A stretch of DNA of 64,000 nucleotides. Origin: Candidatus Shapirobacteria bacterium GW2011_GWF2_37_20 (GTDB lineage Bacteria; Patescibacteriota; Microgenomatia; UBA12405). A program made the translations under genes and the position numbers. The stretch is taken from contig LBTB01000001.1 in NCBI GenBank assembly GCA_000989305.1, forward strand, positions 2,104 through 66,103, written 5' to 3'. Numbering within the stretch: the stretch's first letter is position 1; every line of letters begins with the position of its first letter. Shown here piece by piece: positions 9,805 to 19,101 of the stretch. The notes beneath the pieces are model-generated. The model did no database searches and was not told the origin of the DNA. It saw nothing but the letters and a program-made list of their open reading frames with translations.

Positions 9805-10476
9805 TTAATCCAGGGCGATAAGACGGAGGGCTGGGTAGGTTGAATTTTCGCCATTTGTGTAAATACAGACTATTTTTTGACCTTTTTTAAGATTGGCGAA
9901 TTTTATTAATTTATTTTCCCTGGTAACTATTTCAGTTTTAGCACTAACTTTAATTTGCAGTTCACGATTTTTATTGTTGGTGGGGATAAGGACTAGAATG
10001 GAAGTGGTTGGGGAAATGTCAGCAATTTTTCCCAGGGAAACATTTTTGCTATTTGTTAACTTGGTTGAATCAACGACAATAATTTTTTTAGCAAAAACAA
10101 GGGCATCTTTGGATAAAGTTAGAACCAGGACATCCTGTCCGATTTTGAGATCGCTTATTTTAATCTTGTTTTGTTTTAAATTAACAAAAACGGCATCTTC
10201 ACTAATAGTAAATTTGTGTATATTGGTTTTGGAATCGATTTTTAGATTGGTGTCGTTTATTTCAGTGATAGTACCGAGATAGGCTTTTTTAGGGTTGACT
10301 ACAACATTATCTTGACCAAGTTCCTGAAGTTTTTCGTTAACTTTTTGTTGAATAATTTCCCGTAATTTTTGGATCTCATCGCCGGTGGAGACAGTTGGAG
10401 TTTGGGCGTGGGTAGAAGAAGTAAAAAGGGAAAAAGCTGAAATCAGGACTAATAAGAATATGGATATTTTGGTCAT
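9805..10476 (-). CDS. Hypothetical secreted protein
   Basis: N-terminal signal peptide 'MTKISIFLLVLISAFSLFTSSTHAQ'. No known domain recognised. Confidence 0.5.
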   Translation of the reverse strand: MTKISIFLLVLISAFSLFTSSTHAQTPTVSTGDEIQKLREIIQQKVNEKLQELGQDNVVVNPKKAYLGTITEINDTNLKIDSKTNIHKFTISEDAVFVNLKQNKIKISDLKIGQDVLVLTLSKDALVFAKKIIVVDSTKLTNSKNVSLGKIADISPTTSILVLIPTNNKNRELQIKVSAKTEIVTRENKLIKFANLKKGQKIVCIYTNGENSTYPALRLIALD

Positions 10477-10955
10477 TCAAGTTTGGTGGTGGAATAAGTA
10501 AGAAAAATTTCAAGGTGACTTTCCTGATCATTTTGATCGATTGAGGTCAGATTAATAACATTATAACCCGGCTCAAGATCAATGACTTGGGAAAAGTTAC
10601 CCTGAGCGTTGGTGTTGAGATGGTAATTTTTTAATGGAGTGGTAATAACAATGAGGCTGCCGGAAGGGGCAACACCCTTAAGGGTGGTTTTGCTGGTACT
10701 AATAATGTCGTTAGTTTGAGGAGAAGTGACTTCGAAACTCGAAGTAGTAGTCAGGGGAGCGGTTGTCGGAGAAAGATTGGGGTCGGTTTGAGAATCCGAA
10801 GAAGGGGTGGGGACAACAATATTCGGAGTATTTTTGTGACTGTTATTATTTTGTTTGATGAAATAAAAAGTGCCGGTAAGTCCGAAACCAATTAGAAGGC
10901 CGAAAATTACGGCTAAAGATAATTCCTTAATCATAGAGTGGTTTAATGTTATCAT
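10473..10955 (-). CDS. Hypothetical membrane-anchored Ser/Thr-rich protein
   Basis: N-terminal TM helix followed by an S/T/P-rich linker. Start overlaps the upstream gene stop by 4 nt. Confidence 0.5.
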   Translation of the reverse strand: MITLNHSMIKELSLAVIFGLLIGFGLTGTFYFIKQNNNSHKNTPNIVVPTPSSDSQTDPNLSPTTAPLTTTSSFEVTSPQTNDIISTSKTTLKGVAPSGSLIVITTPLKNYHLNTNAQGNFSQVIDLEPGYNVINLTSIDQNDQESHLEIFLTYSTTKLE

Positions 10956-10961
10956 AAGGCT

Positions 10962-11510
10962 ATGGAAATTAAATACTTTGAGAACGGTAAAATTTATTTA
11001 AAGGGCAAAAAAGAGAATGTGTGGATAAATCCGGGAAAAGAAGAGTTTGGAGGAAAAAACGGGGAAGCCCGGGTGGTTATTTTTACCGAAAAAGAGAAAA
11101 ACTTTGTTAAATTGGGAGAAGAAAATGATAAAGTAATAATTTGTGGAGTTGGGGAATATGAAATTGGGGGAGTGGAAATTAGCGGAATAAACGCGATGTA
11201 TGCCCTAACCATGGATGGAATAAAAATAGTAATAGTCGGAAAGATTGAGGGTGAAATAACAGAAAAAAAGAAAGAAAAACTGGAGGAGGCTGATGTTTTA
11301 TTGATAGGTATGGGGGCTACAGCGGTAGACATTGCCAAGAAGTCAGCGGCAAATTATATTGTGCCAATTGAGTTTGATGATGAAGAAAAAGAGCTAAAGA
11401 CTTTCATGGACGCTTTTGATAGTGAAAATTTAGAAGCAATTGATAGCCTGAAGGTAGATAAAGAAAACCTACCAGAAGGAGTGGAGGTGGTCTTATTAAA
11501 GACGAAATAA
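10962..11510 (+). CDS. Hypothetical protein (182 aa)
   Basis: ORF with ordinary composition. No MBL-type HxHxDH motif. Function unknown. Confidence 0.45.
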   Translation: MEIKYFENGKIYLKGKKENVWINPGKEEFGGKNGEARVVIFTEKEKNFVKLGEENDKVIICGVGEYEIGGVEISGINAMYALTMDGIKIVIVGKIEGEITEKKKEKLEEADVLLIGMGATAVDIAKKSAANYIVPIEFDDEEKELKTFMDAFDSENLEAIDSLKVDKENLPEGVEVVLLKTK

Positions 11511-11587
11511 TTAAATTACCACCCAGCTTTGAAGAAGCTGAAATATGTGTTCTAGGATCGATTCTGATTGATAATGATGCAATTTTA

Positions 11588-12805
11588 TTGGTTTCGGAAT
11601 TTTTGAGGGCTGAGCATTTTTATAACCATAATTATGGTTTGATTTTCGAGTCGATGGCGCGATTATATGAAGAAAGGAGCCCGATTGATATAGTGACTGT
11701 GGCGGGAAAATTGAAGGAAAACAAGGCTTTAAAAAACATAGGAGGAAAGGCTTTTTTGTCAAAATTGGCTTCCGAAGTACCTACTTCGGCAAACGTGGAA
11801 AGCTATGGGCGGATGATAAAGGCGTTATCAGCCAAAAGAGAATTAATTTCAGCGGCGGGAAGAATTTCGGAAAAAGCTTTTGATGAATCAGTGCCAGCGG
11901 AACAATTGCTGGATATGGCGGAACAAGAAGTCTATGCCTTGTCACAAAAACACATGAAATCAGTACCATCATCAATTAAAGAGGTGCTAACAGCTTCTTT
12001 TGACCGCCTTGATGAGTTACAAAAGCGAGGAAGTGGTCTAAGAGGATTGGCGAGCGGTTTTCGTCAATTAGATTCAATGTTGGCCGGAATGCAGGACAGT
12101 AACCTGATTATTTTGGCGGCTAGGCCGGGAGTGGGTAAAACTGCTTTTGCTTTAAATATTGCCAGACATGTAGCAGTTGAGGAAAAATTACCAACTTGTA
12201 TTTTTTCTTTGGAAATGAGCAAGGAAGAATTGGTGGATCGTTTGTTGGTCAGACAGGGATTAATTGATGCTTGGAAATTAAAAACTGGACAACTATCGGA
12301 TGATGATTTTACCTCTTTGTCTGAAGCGATGGGTGTTTTGGCTGAGGCTCCACTTTATATTGACGATACTCCTGGATTGACGGTAACGGAATTGAGAACA
12401 AAGGCCAGACGTTTACAGGCCGACAAGGGAATTAAATTTATAATTGTAGATTATTTACAGTTAATGCATGGATACTCACGGGAAAATCGGGTACAGGAAG
12501 TTTCGGAAATTTCCCAGGGTTTGAAGAATTTGGCCAGAGAATTAAGAATCCCAATTTTGGCGGCAGCGCAGTTAAATCGACAAATGGAGGCGAGGGGAGG
12601 AAAACCAAGACTCTCTGATTTGCGAGAATCGGGAAGTATTGAACAGGATTCGGACGTAGTCATGTTTTTGTCAAGAGAAGATGAGGAAATAAAGGAAATG
12701 GTGACAGTTTCTATTGAAAAACATCGTAACGGCCCGACGGGACAATTTAATTTATTCTTCAATGGTAAGCAGGTGAGCTTTTTTGATGTGGAAAAGAAGG
12801 GGTAA
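11588..12805 (+). CDS. dnaB: Replicative DNA helicase DnaB (true start probably upstream near 11510-11520, non-ATG)
   Basis: Walker A 'ARPGVGKTAFALN'. Also 'IIVDYLQLM' and 'SGSIEQDSDVVMFL'. The frame stays open upstream through 'PPSFEEAEICVLGSILIDNDAILL', which matches the DnaB N-terminus. Confidence 0.9.
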   Translation: MVSEFLRAEHFYNHNYGLIFESMARLYEERSPIDIVTVAGKLKENKALKNIGGKAFLSKLASEVPTSANVESYGRMIKALSAKRELISAAGRISEKAFDESVPAEQLLDMAEQEVYALSQKHMKSVPSSIKEVLTASFDRLDELQKRGSGLRGLASGFRQLDSMLAGMQDSNLIILAARPGVGKTAFALNIARHVAVEEKLPTCIFSLEMSKEELVDRLLVRQGLIDAWKLKTGQLSDDDFTSLSEAMGVLAEAPLYIDDTPGLTVTELRTKARRLQADKGIKFIIVDYLQLMHGYSRENRVQEVSEISQGLKNLARELRIPILAAAQLNRQMEARGGKPRLSDLRESGSIEQDSDVVMFLSREDEEIKEMVTVSIEKHRNGPTGQFNLFFNGKQVSFFDVEKKG

Positions 12806-13000
12806 ACTATTTTCTTGTCTGTGGTAATTCAGCTCGTTTTTTATTTAAAGCTTTTTGAATTTCCTTTGGATCGGCACCAAAATGCATGGCTAGTTCGATT
12901 GCTTCAGCTGATACTTTAGGTTTTTTTGTGTAATGAGGATAATTTTGGGAACGTTCATGCTTCATATTAAGCGTATTTTATCACAATATCTAATTTATGT

Positions 13001-13085
13001 GCCGAGGGTGGGAATCGAACCCACACGATATTGCTATCACACGATTTTGAGTCGTGCGCGTCTACCAATTCCGCCACGTCGGCAA
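13001..13085 (-). tRNA. tRNA-Leu (anticodon CAA), long variable arm
   Basis: Reverse-complement 'GCCGACGTGGCGGAATTGGTAGACGCGC...' is a canonical tRNA-Leu D-arm. Anticodon loop 'CTCAAAA'. T-loop GGTTCGATTCC. One acceptor-stem mismatch. No encoded CCA. Confidence 0.85.
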
Positions 13086-13117
13086 TGGCAATAGTATAAC
13101 AAAATGTATAGTAAAAT

Positions 13118-13720
13118 ATGTTCATGATGATTGTTTTGGGAATATTAGGTCTAATAGGATACTTGTATTTAAGTTGGCGGACTTTAAGGGAAAATTACCA
13201 AGAAGAAGATATCATAGCTTTTAGTTGGGTGGCGATATTATTGTTTTTGGTGGGGGGAAGATTGAGTTATGGTCTGATCAATTGGGGAGTTTGGGTTGAT
13301 AACCCGGGAGCGTGGTTGGAGTTTTGGAGAATGGATGAAGCGAGTTTGATAGGAGCGAGTGGACTATGGATGGCTTTCGTCTTACTGATAACCAGAGACA
13401 AGGATTGGAAAATATGGCCATTTTTGGAAAATTCTTTGGTAAGTGTAGTTTTTTTACTGATGATATCTGCTCTGATACTAATGAATTGGCCAATAGTATT
13501 AGCCTTAGTTGGGGCAATAGTATTGACGGTGCCGATGAAGAAAAAATATCGGTCTTTGCAATGGTATAAAAGCGGCAGAAAAGGCTTCCTGTTTTTTTGG
13601 TTTTCAATTTGTTTTTGGTTGATTTTTGCTGTGATTTCGAGACTTTGGTGGACAGGCGGAATTAGCTTGCTTTTTATAGTGGGATTGTTTATGCTTGGTA
13701 ATGATAAGCTTTCCAAGTAG
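13118..13720 (+). CDS. Hypothetical polytopic membrane protein
   Basis: 200 aa with about 6 predicted hydrophobic helices. Confidence 0.5.
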   Translation: MFMMIVLGILGLIGYLYLSWRTLRENYQEEDIIAFSWVAILLFLVGGRLSYGLINWGVWVDNPGAWLEFWRMDEASLIGASGLWMAFVLLITRDKDWKIWPFLENSLVSVVFLLMISALILMNWPIVLALVGAIVLTVPMKKKYRSLQWYKSGRKGFLFFWFSICFWLIFAVISRLWWTGGISLLFIVGLFMLGNDKLSK

Positions 13721-14060
13721 ATTGACGAAAAATATTGAGATTTTTTTGGAGTCTAAGTTGTTGAAATTAAAAAGAACAGAGAAGTCTTTGAAATCCAGCG
13801 ATCCTTTTGCCGATGAGCAAAGAACGGGAAACAATTCAGTAGAAGAAGACTTGGATGAACAAATAGGCCATTTTGAAACGGAAATAAAAGTAAATTTTGT
13901 GAAGAAACAAATCGTTCAGTTTAGGAAGGCTTTAACAAGATTAAAAATTGGGAAGTATGGAGCTTGCGAGAAGTGTGGAAGAATGATTGATACAGACCGT
14001 TTGGCGGTAAGGCCGGAGACGACAGTTTGTTTGTATTGTGAGAAAGAGCGAGAGGGGTAA
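13695..14060 (+). CDS. DksA/TraR-family C4 zinc-finger protein
   Basis: C-terminal 'CEKCGRMIDTDRLAVRPETTVCLYC' C4 finger typical of DksA/TraR/YteA. Confidence 0.75.
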   Translation: MVMISFPSRLTKNIEIFLESKLLKLKRTEKSLKSSDPFADEQRTGNNSVEEDLDEQIGHFETEIKVNFVKKQIVQFRKALTRLKIGKYGACEKCGRMIDTDRLAVRPETTVCLYCEKEREG

Positions 14061-14359
14061 TGACAGTATTTAACGAGGAGGCAAGTTTAGGGTTAAAAAT
14101 TCCGGCATTAGAGTTAATATCAAGTTTCTTTTTGGGTTTATTGGTAATAATTTGGTGGAGGGATAAAAAAGCCTGGGGGTTATTGTTGATGATAATTGGA
14201 GGGGGTTTGAATCTAGTAGAGAGATTTAGATTTGGGGGGGTAAGAGATTACTGGCAAATTCCGATGACCTCAATTTATAATAATATTAACGATTATTTAA
14301 TTGCTCTAGGGGTGATACAATTAATTTGGTATTTATTATGGAAGAAAAGGCAAAAATAG
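14060..14359 (+). CDS. lspA: Lipoprotein signal peptidase II-like protein (short, 99 aa)
   Basis: 'GGGLNLVERFRFGGVRDYWQIP...NNINDYLIALGVIQLI' matches the LspA C-terminal conserved blocks (GGAxGNxxDR...VVDF...FNxAD). The conserved lspA-pseudouridine synthase gene pair is present. Confidence 0.55.
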   Translation: MTVFNEEASLGLKIPALELISSFFLGLLVIIWWRDKKAWGLLLMIIGGGLNLVERFRFGGVRDYWQIPMTSIYNNINDYLIALGVIQLIWYLLWKKRQK

Positions 14360-15009
14360 TATATAAAGATGAGGATATTTTAGTCTTGAATAAAAAGGCG
14401 GGGGTGGTTTGCACTAAAGAAGGGAGACAAAATTCGGAGACTTTAGAGGACTGGCTAATAGAAAAATTTGAAGATAATAAAATACCTCGGCAGGGGATTG
14501 TTCATCGCTTAGATAAGGGAACCTCGGGGTTGATGGTGGTAGCAAGAACAACAGAGGCCAGAAATAAGCTGTTGGAAATTTTTAGAAAAAGAGAAATTAA
14601 AAAGGTATATTTGGCCTTGATAGGAGGGGATTTACCGGAAAAGGGTGAGGTGAAGGTACCTATTGCTAGATCGAAATATGTTTTTGGGAAATTTGCCGCA
14701 AGTGAGGAGGGGAAAGAAGCAGAAACCCACTTTAAAATAATAAAAAAATATAAACACCTGGACAAGGTGTATTCCTTAATAGAAATAAACTTAATGACTG
14801 GCAGAACTCACCAAATTAGAGTTCATTTTAGCTATTTGGGATGGCCATTGGTTGGGGATTTGACATATGGAGGGAAAGAATTACTGGGATTAAAAAGACC
14901 TTTTTTACAGGCTAAAAAATTGGAGTTTGGACAACCAATGACCGGGAAGGAGTTGTCTTTTGAAAGTGATTTAGCCGATGATTTACAGGAAGTATTAGAT
15001 CAATTATGA
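14326..15009 (+). CDS. RluA-family pseudouridine synthase
   Basis: Catalytic 'HRLDKGTSGLMVVA' motif. No N-terminal S4 domain. Confidence 0.85.
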   Translation: MVFIMEEKAKIVYKDEDILVLNKKAGVVCTKEGRQNSETLEDWLIEKFEDNKIPRQGIVHRLDKGTSGLMVVARTTEARNKLLEIFRKREIKKVYLALIGGDLPEKGEVKVPIARSKYVFGKFAASEEGKEAETHFKIIKKYKHLDKVYSLIEINLMTGRTHQIRVHFSYLGWPLVGDLTYGGKELLGLKRPFLQAKKLEFGQPMTGKELSFESDLADDLQEVLDQL

Positions 15010-15821
15010 AAAAAATATTACTATTTTTGGGTATTATTTCAATTGCTGGATTGGGACTAGTAAAAGGTTTTCAAAAAAATGATTTTAGGTTAGGGATAAT
15101 TGCTCCGGACAGAGTGGCAATATTATCAATATCTCCCGGGAGAGGAATGATTAATTTATTAACGGTGAACCCGGAGGTGGAAGTGTGGCTCCCTGAGGGA
15201 ATGGGTTGGTATCCCAGCAATAAAATTAAAAAAATCTTTAATAATGATAAAGACATGGAGCTGATGAAAAAAATGTTTTATTATAATTTTGGTTTTTTAC
15301 CGGAAAGAATCGCTTTTTTTTCGGAAGTCAACGATTGGAGAGATTTTGAATTAATTAAGTATTTGGGCGTGGTTGACTGGGCAAGATATCTCGTGGAACA
15401 GGAAAATTGGTTATATAAAACAGAAGTAATTAATCGTAGTTTTGAATTAGAAAAAGAAACCTTAGATGAAATATTACCCCGTGATTTTGCGGATAACGAA
15501 TTGATGGGAGGGGAAATAAAAATAACGGTAGTGAACACGACTGAAGAAAATGGTTTAGGGGCTTTTGTGGCCGACAGGTTGAACTGGATGGGTTTTAATG
15601 TAGTATCGGTTGAAAGTGGAGGAGGTAAGGTAGCTGAGGGTGAAATCATGGTGAATGCACCTGACAATAGTCTAGCGAAAAAATATACTAGTTTACTGGC
15701 ACAAATATATTCCTGTTCACAGAAAAGCAACGAAACTTTGTTGCCTGATGAGGCGGTTTTATACTTAGGTCAAAACTATGCGTCGATGCTAAAATATAGT
15801 AGCTATGTCAGGACATTCTAA
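15006..15821 (+). CDS. Membrane-anchored protein with LytR_C-like C-terminal domain
   Basis: N-terminal TM. C-terminal 'ITVVNTTEENGLGAFVADRLNWMGFNV' resembles the LytR C-terminal domain. The LCP catalytic region is not clearly present. Confidence 0.4.
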   Translation: MKKILLFLGIISIAGLGLVKGFQKNDFRLGIIAPDRVAILSISPGRGMINLLTVNPEVEVWLPEGMGWYPSNKIKKIFNNDKDMELMKKMFYYNFGFLPERIAFFSEVNDWRDFELIKYLGVVDWARYLVEQENWLYKTEVINRSFELEKETLDEILPRDFADNELMGGEIKITVVNTTEENGLGAFVADRLNWMGFNVVSVESGGGKVAEGEIMVNAPDNSLAKKYTSLLAQIYSCSQKSNETLLPDEAVLYLGQNYASMLKYSSYVRTF

Positions 15822-16521
15822 ATGGGCAAACATTAAAAATAGGAAGGGAGCACAGGATAAAAAGAGAAGTGAGGTCTTTACTAAAACTTCAAAAAATATC
15901 ATGACGGCAATTCGCGAAGGTGGGGGAAATACTAATCCAGCGTCAAATGTGGCTTTAAGGGAAGCGATTGAAAGGTCTAGGGCGGTAAATATGCCAAAGG
16001 AAAATATTGAGAGGTTATTGCAACGCTTTGAAGAGAGAAAAAATAATCTGGTGTCGGGGGTTTTTGAGGGGTTTGGGCCTTTTGGGGTGCCGATAATGAT
16101 TGAAGTGGAGACAGATAATAAAAATAGAGTATTGGGGGAAATCAAGTTAATTTTTCGAAATTATGGCGGTAATTTAGGTGAAAGCGGTAGTGTAGCTTTT
16201 ATGTTTGACAGGGTGGGGGAGATTGAGTTGGAGTCGAACATTGATCAGAACATGGAGTTGGAGTTAATTGATTTTGGGGTAAAAGATATTGATGGCAAGC
16301 TGGTGATAACCGCGGTGAGTGATTTTGGTAGGGTAAGGGATAAGCTTGTCTCAAGCGGTTTAGCAATTGAAAGCTCCGGTTTGGTCTATAAGTGTAGGAG
16401 TAATACCATGTTGGCGTCGGAGGAAGAAGTGGCTAAAATATTAGATATGGTTGATGAATTAGAAGAAAACGACGACGTGATTAATGTTTTTGCCGGTTTT
16501 GACTATGCCCAAACGACTTAA
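15805..16521 (+). CDS. yebC: YebC/PmpR-family transcriptional regulator
   Basis: 'MSGHSKWANIKNRKGAQDKKRSEVFTKTSKNI' hallmark N-terminus. Confidence 0.9.
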   Translation: MSGHSKWANIKNRKGAQDKKRSEVFTKTSKNIMTAIREGGGNTNPASNVALREAIERSRAVNMPKENIERLLQRFEERKNNLVSGVFEGFGPFGVPIMIEVETDNKNRVLGEIKLIFRNYGGNLGESGSVAFMFDRVGEIELESNIDQNMELELIDFGVKDIDGKLVITAVSDFGRVRDKLVSSGLAIESSGLVYKCRSNTMLASEEEVAKILDMVDELEENDDVINVFAGFDYAQTT

Positions 16522-17290
16522 ATATTTTATTTCTTCATTTTTAGGGTCAGTGGGATTTTATTTGTATTTAGGTTTGCCGGTGGAGTCAAGATATTATGGT
16601 TTGATGCTGTTGTTGGCCATGATTGCTTTCTGTTTTTGGTTTGGACTGGGAATAATTTTTGAAGGTAATGTAGATACAAAGATTATGTCAGTATTGTTGC
16701 CGGTTTTGTGGACCTTGGGTTTTGGACTTTTTTCAGCATTATTGCCGATAAATTGGCTAAACTTGTTATTATTGACGATATTTTTTGGAGGAGTATTGTA
16801 TACCATGTTTTTGGCAGAGAATGTTTTTCTGGTAGCTATTGGTTACAAAACTGTGCCTTTGTATCGGGCGGCTTATACGGTAAGTTTGATTTTGATTTTA
16901 TTGGTGTCGTTTTTTATTTTTGATAGTTTGTTTTCTTTTAAGCTAGCTTTTTGGGGAAACATGATTTCAACGTTAATTTTGGGGTTACTCATCTTTACCT
17001 ATCAATATTGGGCGGTGGCAATTGAATTACCCGATGATGGGAAAGGAAAAGGGAAGTGGCCATATATATTGATTCCGGCTTTACTATTGACAGAGTTTGC
17101 CGGTATATTGTCATTTTGGCCGGTGGGTATTTTTAAGGGATCGGTATATTTGGTGGCAGTAATATATATAATTTCTGGCTTATTACAGGCAGAAATTCGT
17201 GATAGGCTGTTTAGGGGAGTAGTGCTGACATATAGCTATATAGGAGTGGCGGTGGCTTTGGCAATTATTCTGGTAACAAATTGGGGTTGA
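16484..17290 (+). CDS. Hypothetical polytopic membrane protein
   Basis: 268 aa, about 8 hydrophobic segments. Confidence 0.5.
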   Translation: MFLPVLTMPKRLKYFISSFLGSVGFYLYLGLPVESRYYGLMLLLAMIAFCFWFGLGIIFEGNVDTKIMSVLLPVLWTLGFGLFSALLPINWLNLLLLTIFFGGVLYTMFLAENVFLVAIGYKTVPLYRAAYTVSLILILLVSFFIFDSLFSFKLAFWGNMISTLILGLLIFTYQYWAVAIELPDDGKGKGKWPYILIPALLLTEFAGILSFWPVGIFKGSVYLVAVIYIISGLLQAEIRDRLFRGVVLTYSYIGVAVALAIILVTNWG

Positions 17291-17939
17291 GAGGTAGAAG
17301 TAAATAATAAATAAATGAATAGGTAAGTTGAAAAAATGGCCATGCTAGTGGGGAAGTAGGGGAGAGGCCTATAATATTATGTCCTATAATATTAATATTT
17401 TTCACAATATATCTTATAATTTTCACAGGAATAATGATATACATTGATATAGTCTGTGTGGAAAACTAATTAGCAGTCGACTATATCACTTCTCAAAGCT
17501 GGAGTAGGGCTAGCGAGAGGAGTAGTGGTGAGGACTTAAGAAATTTTATAAGGGCTAATGATTGTATAAGTAACGATGCAGGTGATTGGATTGTTTAGTG
17601 TTGCTCCCCACTGACGGGGTAGCTGATTATGCTATGTCGCACAATGTATCTTTTACGACTATGTTGAAACGGGAAGTGGAGGGGAGAGGTAAAAAATGTT
17701 TTTTATTATTTTTATTTTTTTGGTTGTTAATTAATATTTAATGTTTTTGGATTATTAATTAAAGTACTTAATTCCTCTATCTGGCCCCTGGCCGCCCTAA
17801 ATTTGTTTTTAGCTTGAAAATGGCTTTTAACCACTTCCCTAACCTATTTTTGACGAGAGATGGTAAAAAATGCCTAAAATACGGTAAAATGTAATAAGAC
17901 CTCACCAGAGCCTCGTAAACGCACGTTTTTCTTTTTTGT

Positions 17940-18899
17940 ATGTTAGGATTAGATATGGATTTAGATTTGGCCATAGCCATCAGAAGATTTCTCGAGCATT
18001 TGGAAGTGGAGAAGAATTGTTCGAAGTTAACTGTCAGAAATTATCAGCATTATTTGGAAGTCTTGCAGAGTTACTTTGAGGGCTCAGGAAACACGACTCC
18101 TAAGGTTTCCGACATTAATCAAGACTTGGTCAGAAGTTTTAGATTACATTTGTCACGGCAGGCCGGAGTTGATGGAGAGATGAAAATTGTCACTCAGGGT
18201 TATTATGTAATTGCCCTAAGATCCTTCTTAAAGTATTTAATTAGAAATGACTATAAAGTAATGCAACCGGAAAAAATTGAAGTGCCTAAGACTAAAGATC
18301 ATTCTTTGAAGTTTTTGAATGGTGAACAGATAGAGAGATTGTTAAATCAGCCTATATTATCGACAAAAGTAGGGATTAGGGATAGGGCAATACTAGAATT
18401 GTTGTTTTCCACTGGATTGCGGGTATCTGAATTAACCAGATTGAACAGAGATCAAATTAACCTAAAGACACGCGAATTTGGAGTGATTGGTAAAGGTGGT
18501 AAGGCTAGGGTGGTTTTTATCAGTGTTAGGGCGGCAGTTTTTTTGGATAAATACATGAAAAGTAGAACTGACAAGGACAGACCTCTTTTTATCCGCTATG
18601 GTGGCAAGAAGGATATTGTAAGCGAGGAAGAAAAAATGAGACTGAGTCCCCGCTCGGTTGAAAGATTGGTAAAACATTATGTTAGATTGGCTAAGCTGCC
18701 GGTTGACGCAACGCCCCATACTTTACGTCACTCAATGGCGACTGATCTGTTGCGGGCTGGAGCCGATCTTAGGTCGGTTCAGGAATTATTGGGTCACAAA
18801 AATATTGCGACGACACAGATATATACTCACATCACAGACGCCAGATTACGTGAGGTTCATGAGAAATATCATTCCGGAAACAAGAAAGAAGATGTGTAA
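17940..18899 (+). CDS. Tyrosine recombinase, XerC/XerD family
   Basis: C-terminal catalytic 'HTLRHSMATDLLRAGADLRSVQELLGHKNIATTQIYTH' (R..HxxR..Y). N-terminal core-binding domain. Confidence 0.85.
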   Translation: MLGLDMDLDLAIAIRRFLEHLEVEKNCSKLTVRNYQHYLEVLQSYFEGSGNTTPKVSDINQDLVRSFRLHLSRQAGVDGEMKIVTQGYYVIALRSFLKYLIRNDYKVMQPEKIEVPKTKDHSLKFLNGEQIERLLNQPILSTKVGIRDRAILELLFSTGLRVSELTRLNRDQINLKTREFGVIGKGGKARVVFISVRAAVFLDKYMKSRTDKDRPLFIRYGGKKDIVSEEEKMRLSPRSVERLVKHYVRLAKLPVDATPHTLRHSMATDLLRAGADLRSVQELLGHKNIATTQIYTHITDARLREVHEKYHSGNKKEDV

Positions 18900-19101
18900 C
18901 AGGTGTGTCCTATAGTTACCCCATTTTGAGTAAAGGATGGGAAAAAAGCATTCTGATGACTCCCCTAGCCTATCGAGTTGGTCTTTTTACCCTATTTTAG
19001 GCGCTTAATGGTTTTTCTAACCTGGCTAGCAGGTTGAACTGAGAAGTGCTAAATGATAAAAATACTATGCAACTATCCTATATATATTATATAGTTATGT
19101 C

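Noticed and set aside
10962-11510. Metallo-beta-lactamase-fold hydrolase call for the 182-aa ORF
   Set aside because: The N-terminus superficially resembles COG2220 proteins, but the HxHxDH metal-binding motif is absent.
17368-17398. Interpretation of the palindromic 'ataatattatgtcctataatattaat' as a bona fide 28-bp dif site
   Set aside because: AT-rich palindromes arise easily in this genome. The left arm does not resemble XerC arms, and the motif also fits a tandem 'cctataatatt' direct repeat or -10-like elements. It is retained only as a hypothesis in findings.
19017-19035. Hairpin 'aacctggctagcaggtt' between the recombinase and gyrA as a terminator
   Set aside because: No U-run on either strand follows the stem. 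It is weak as an intrinsic terminator.
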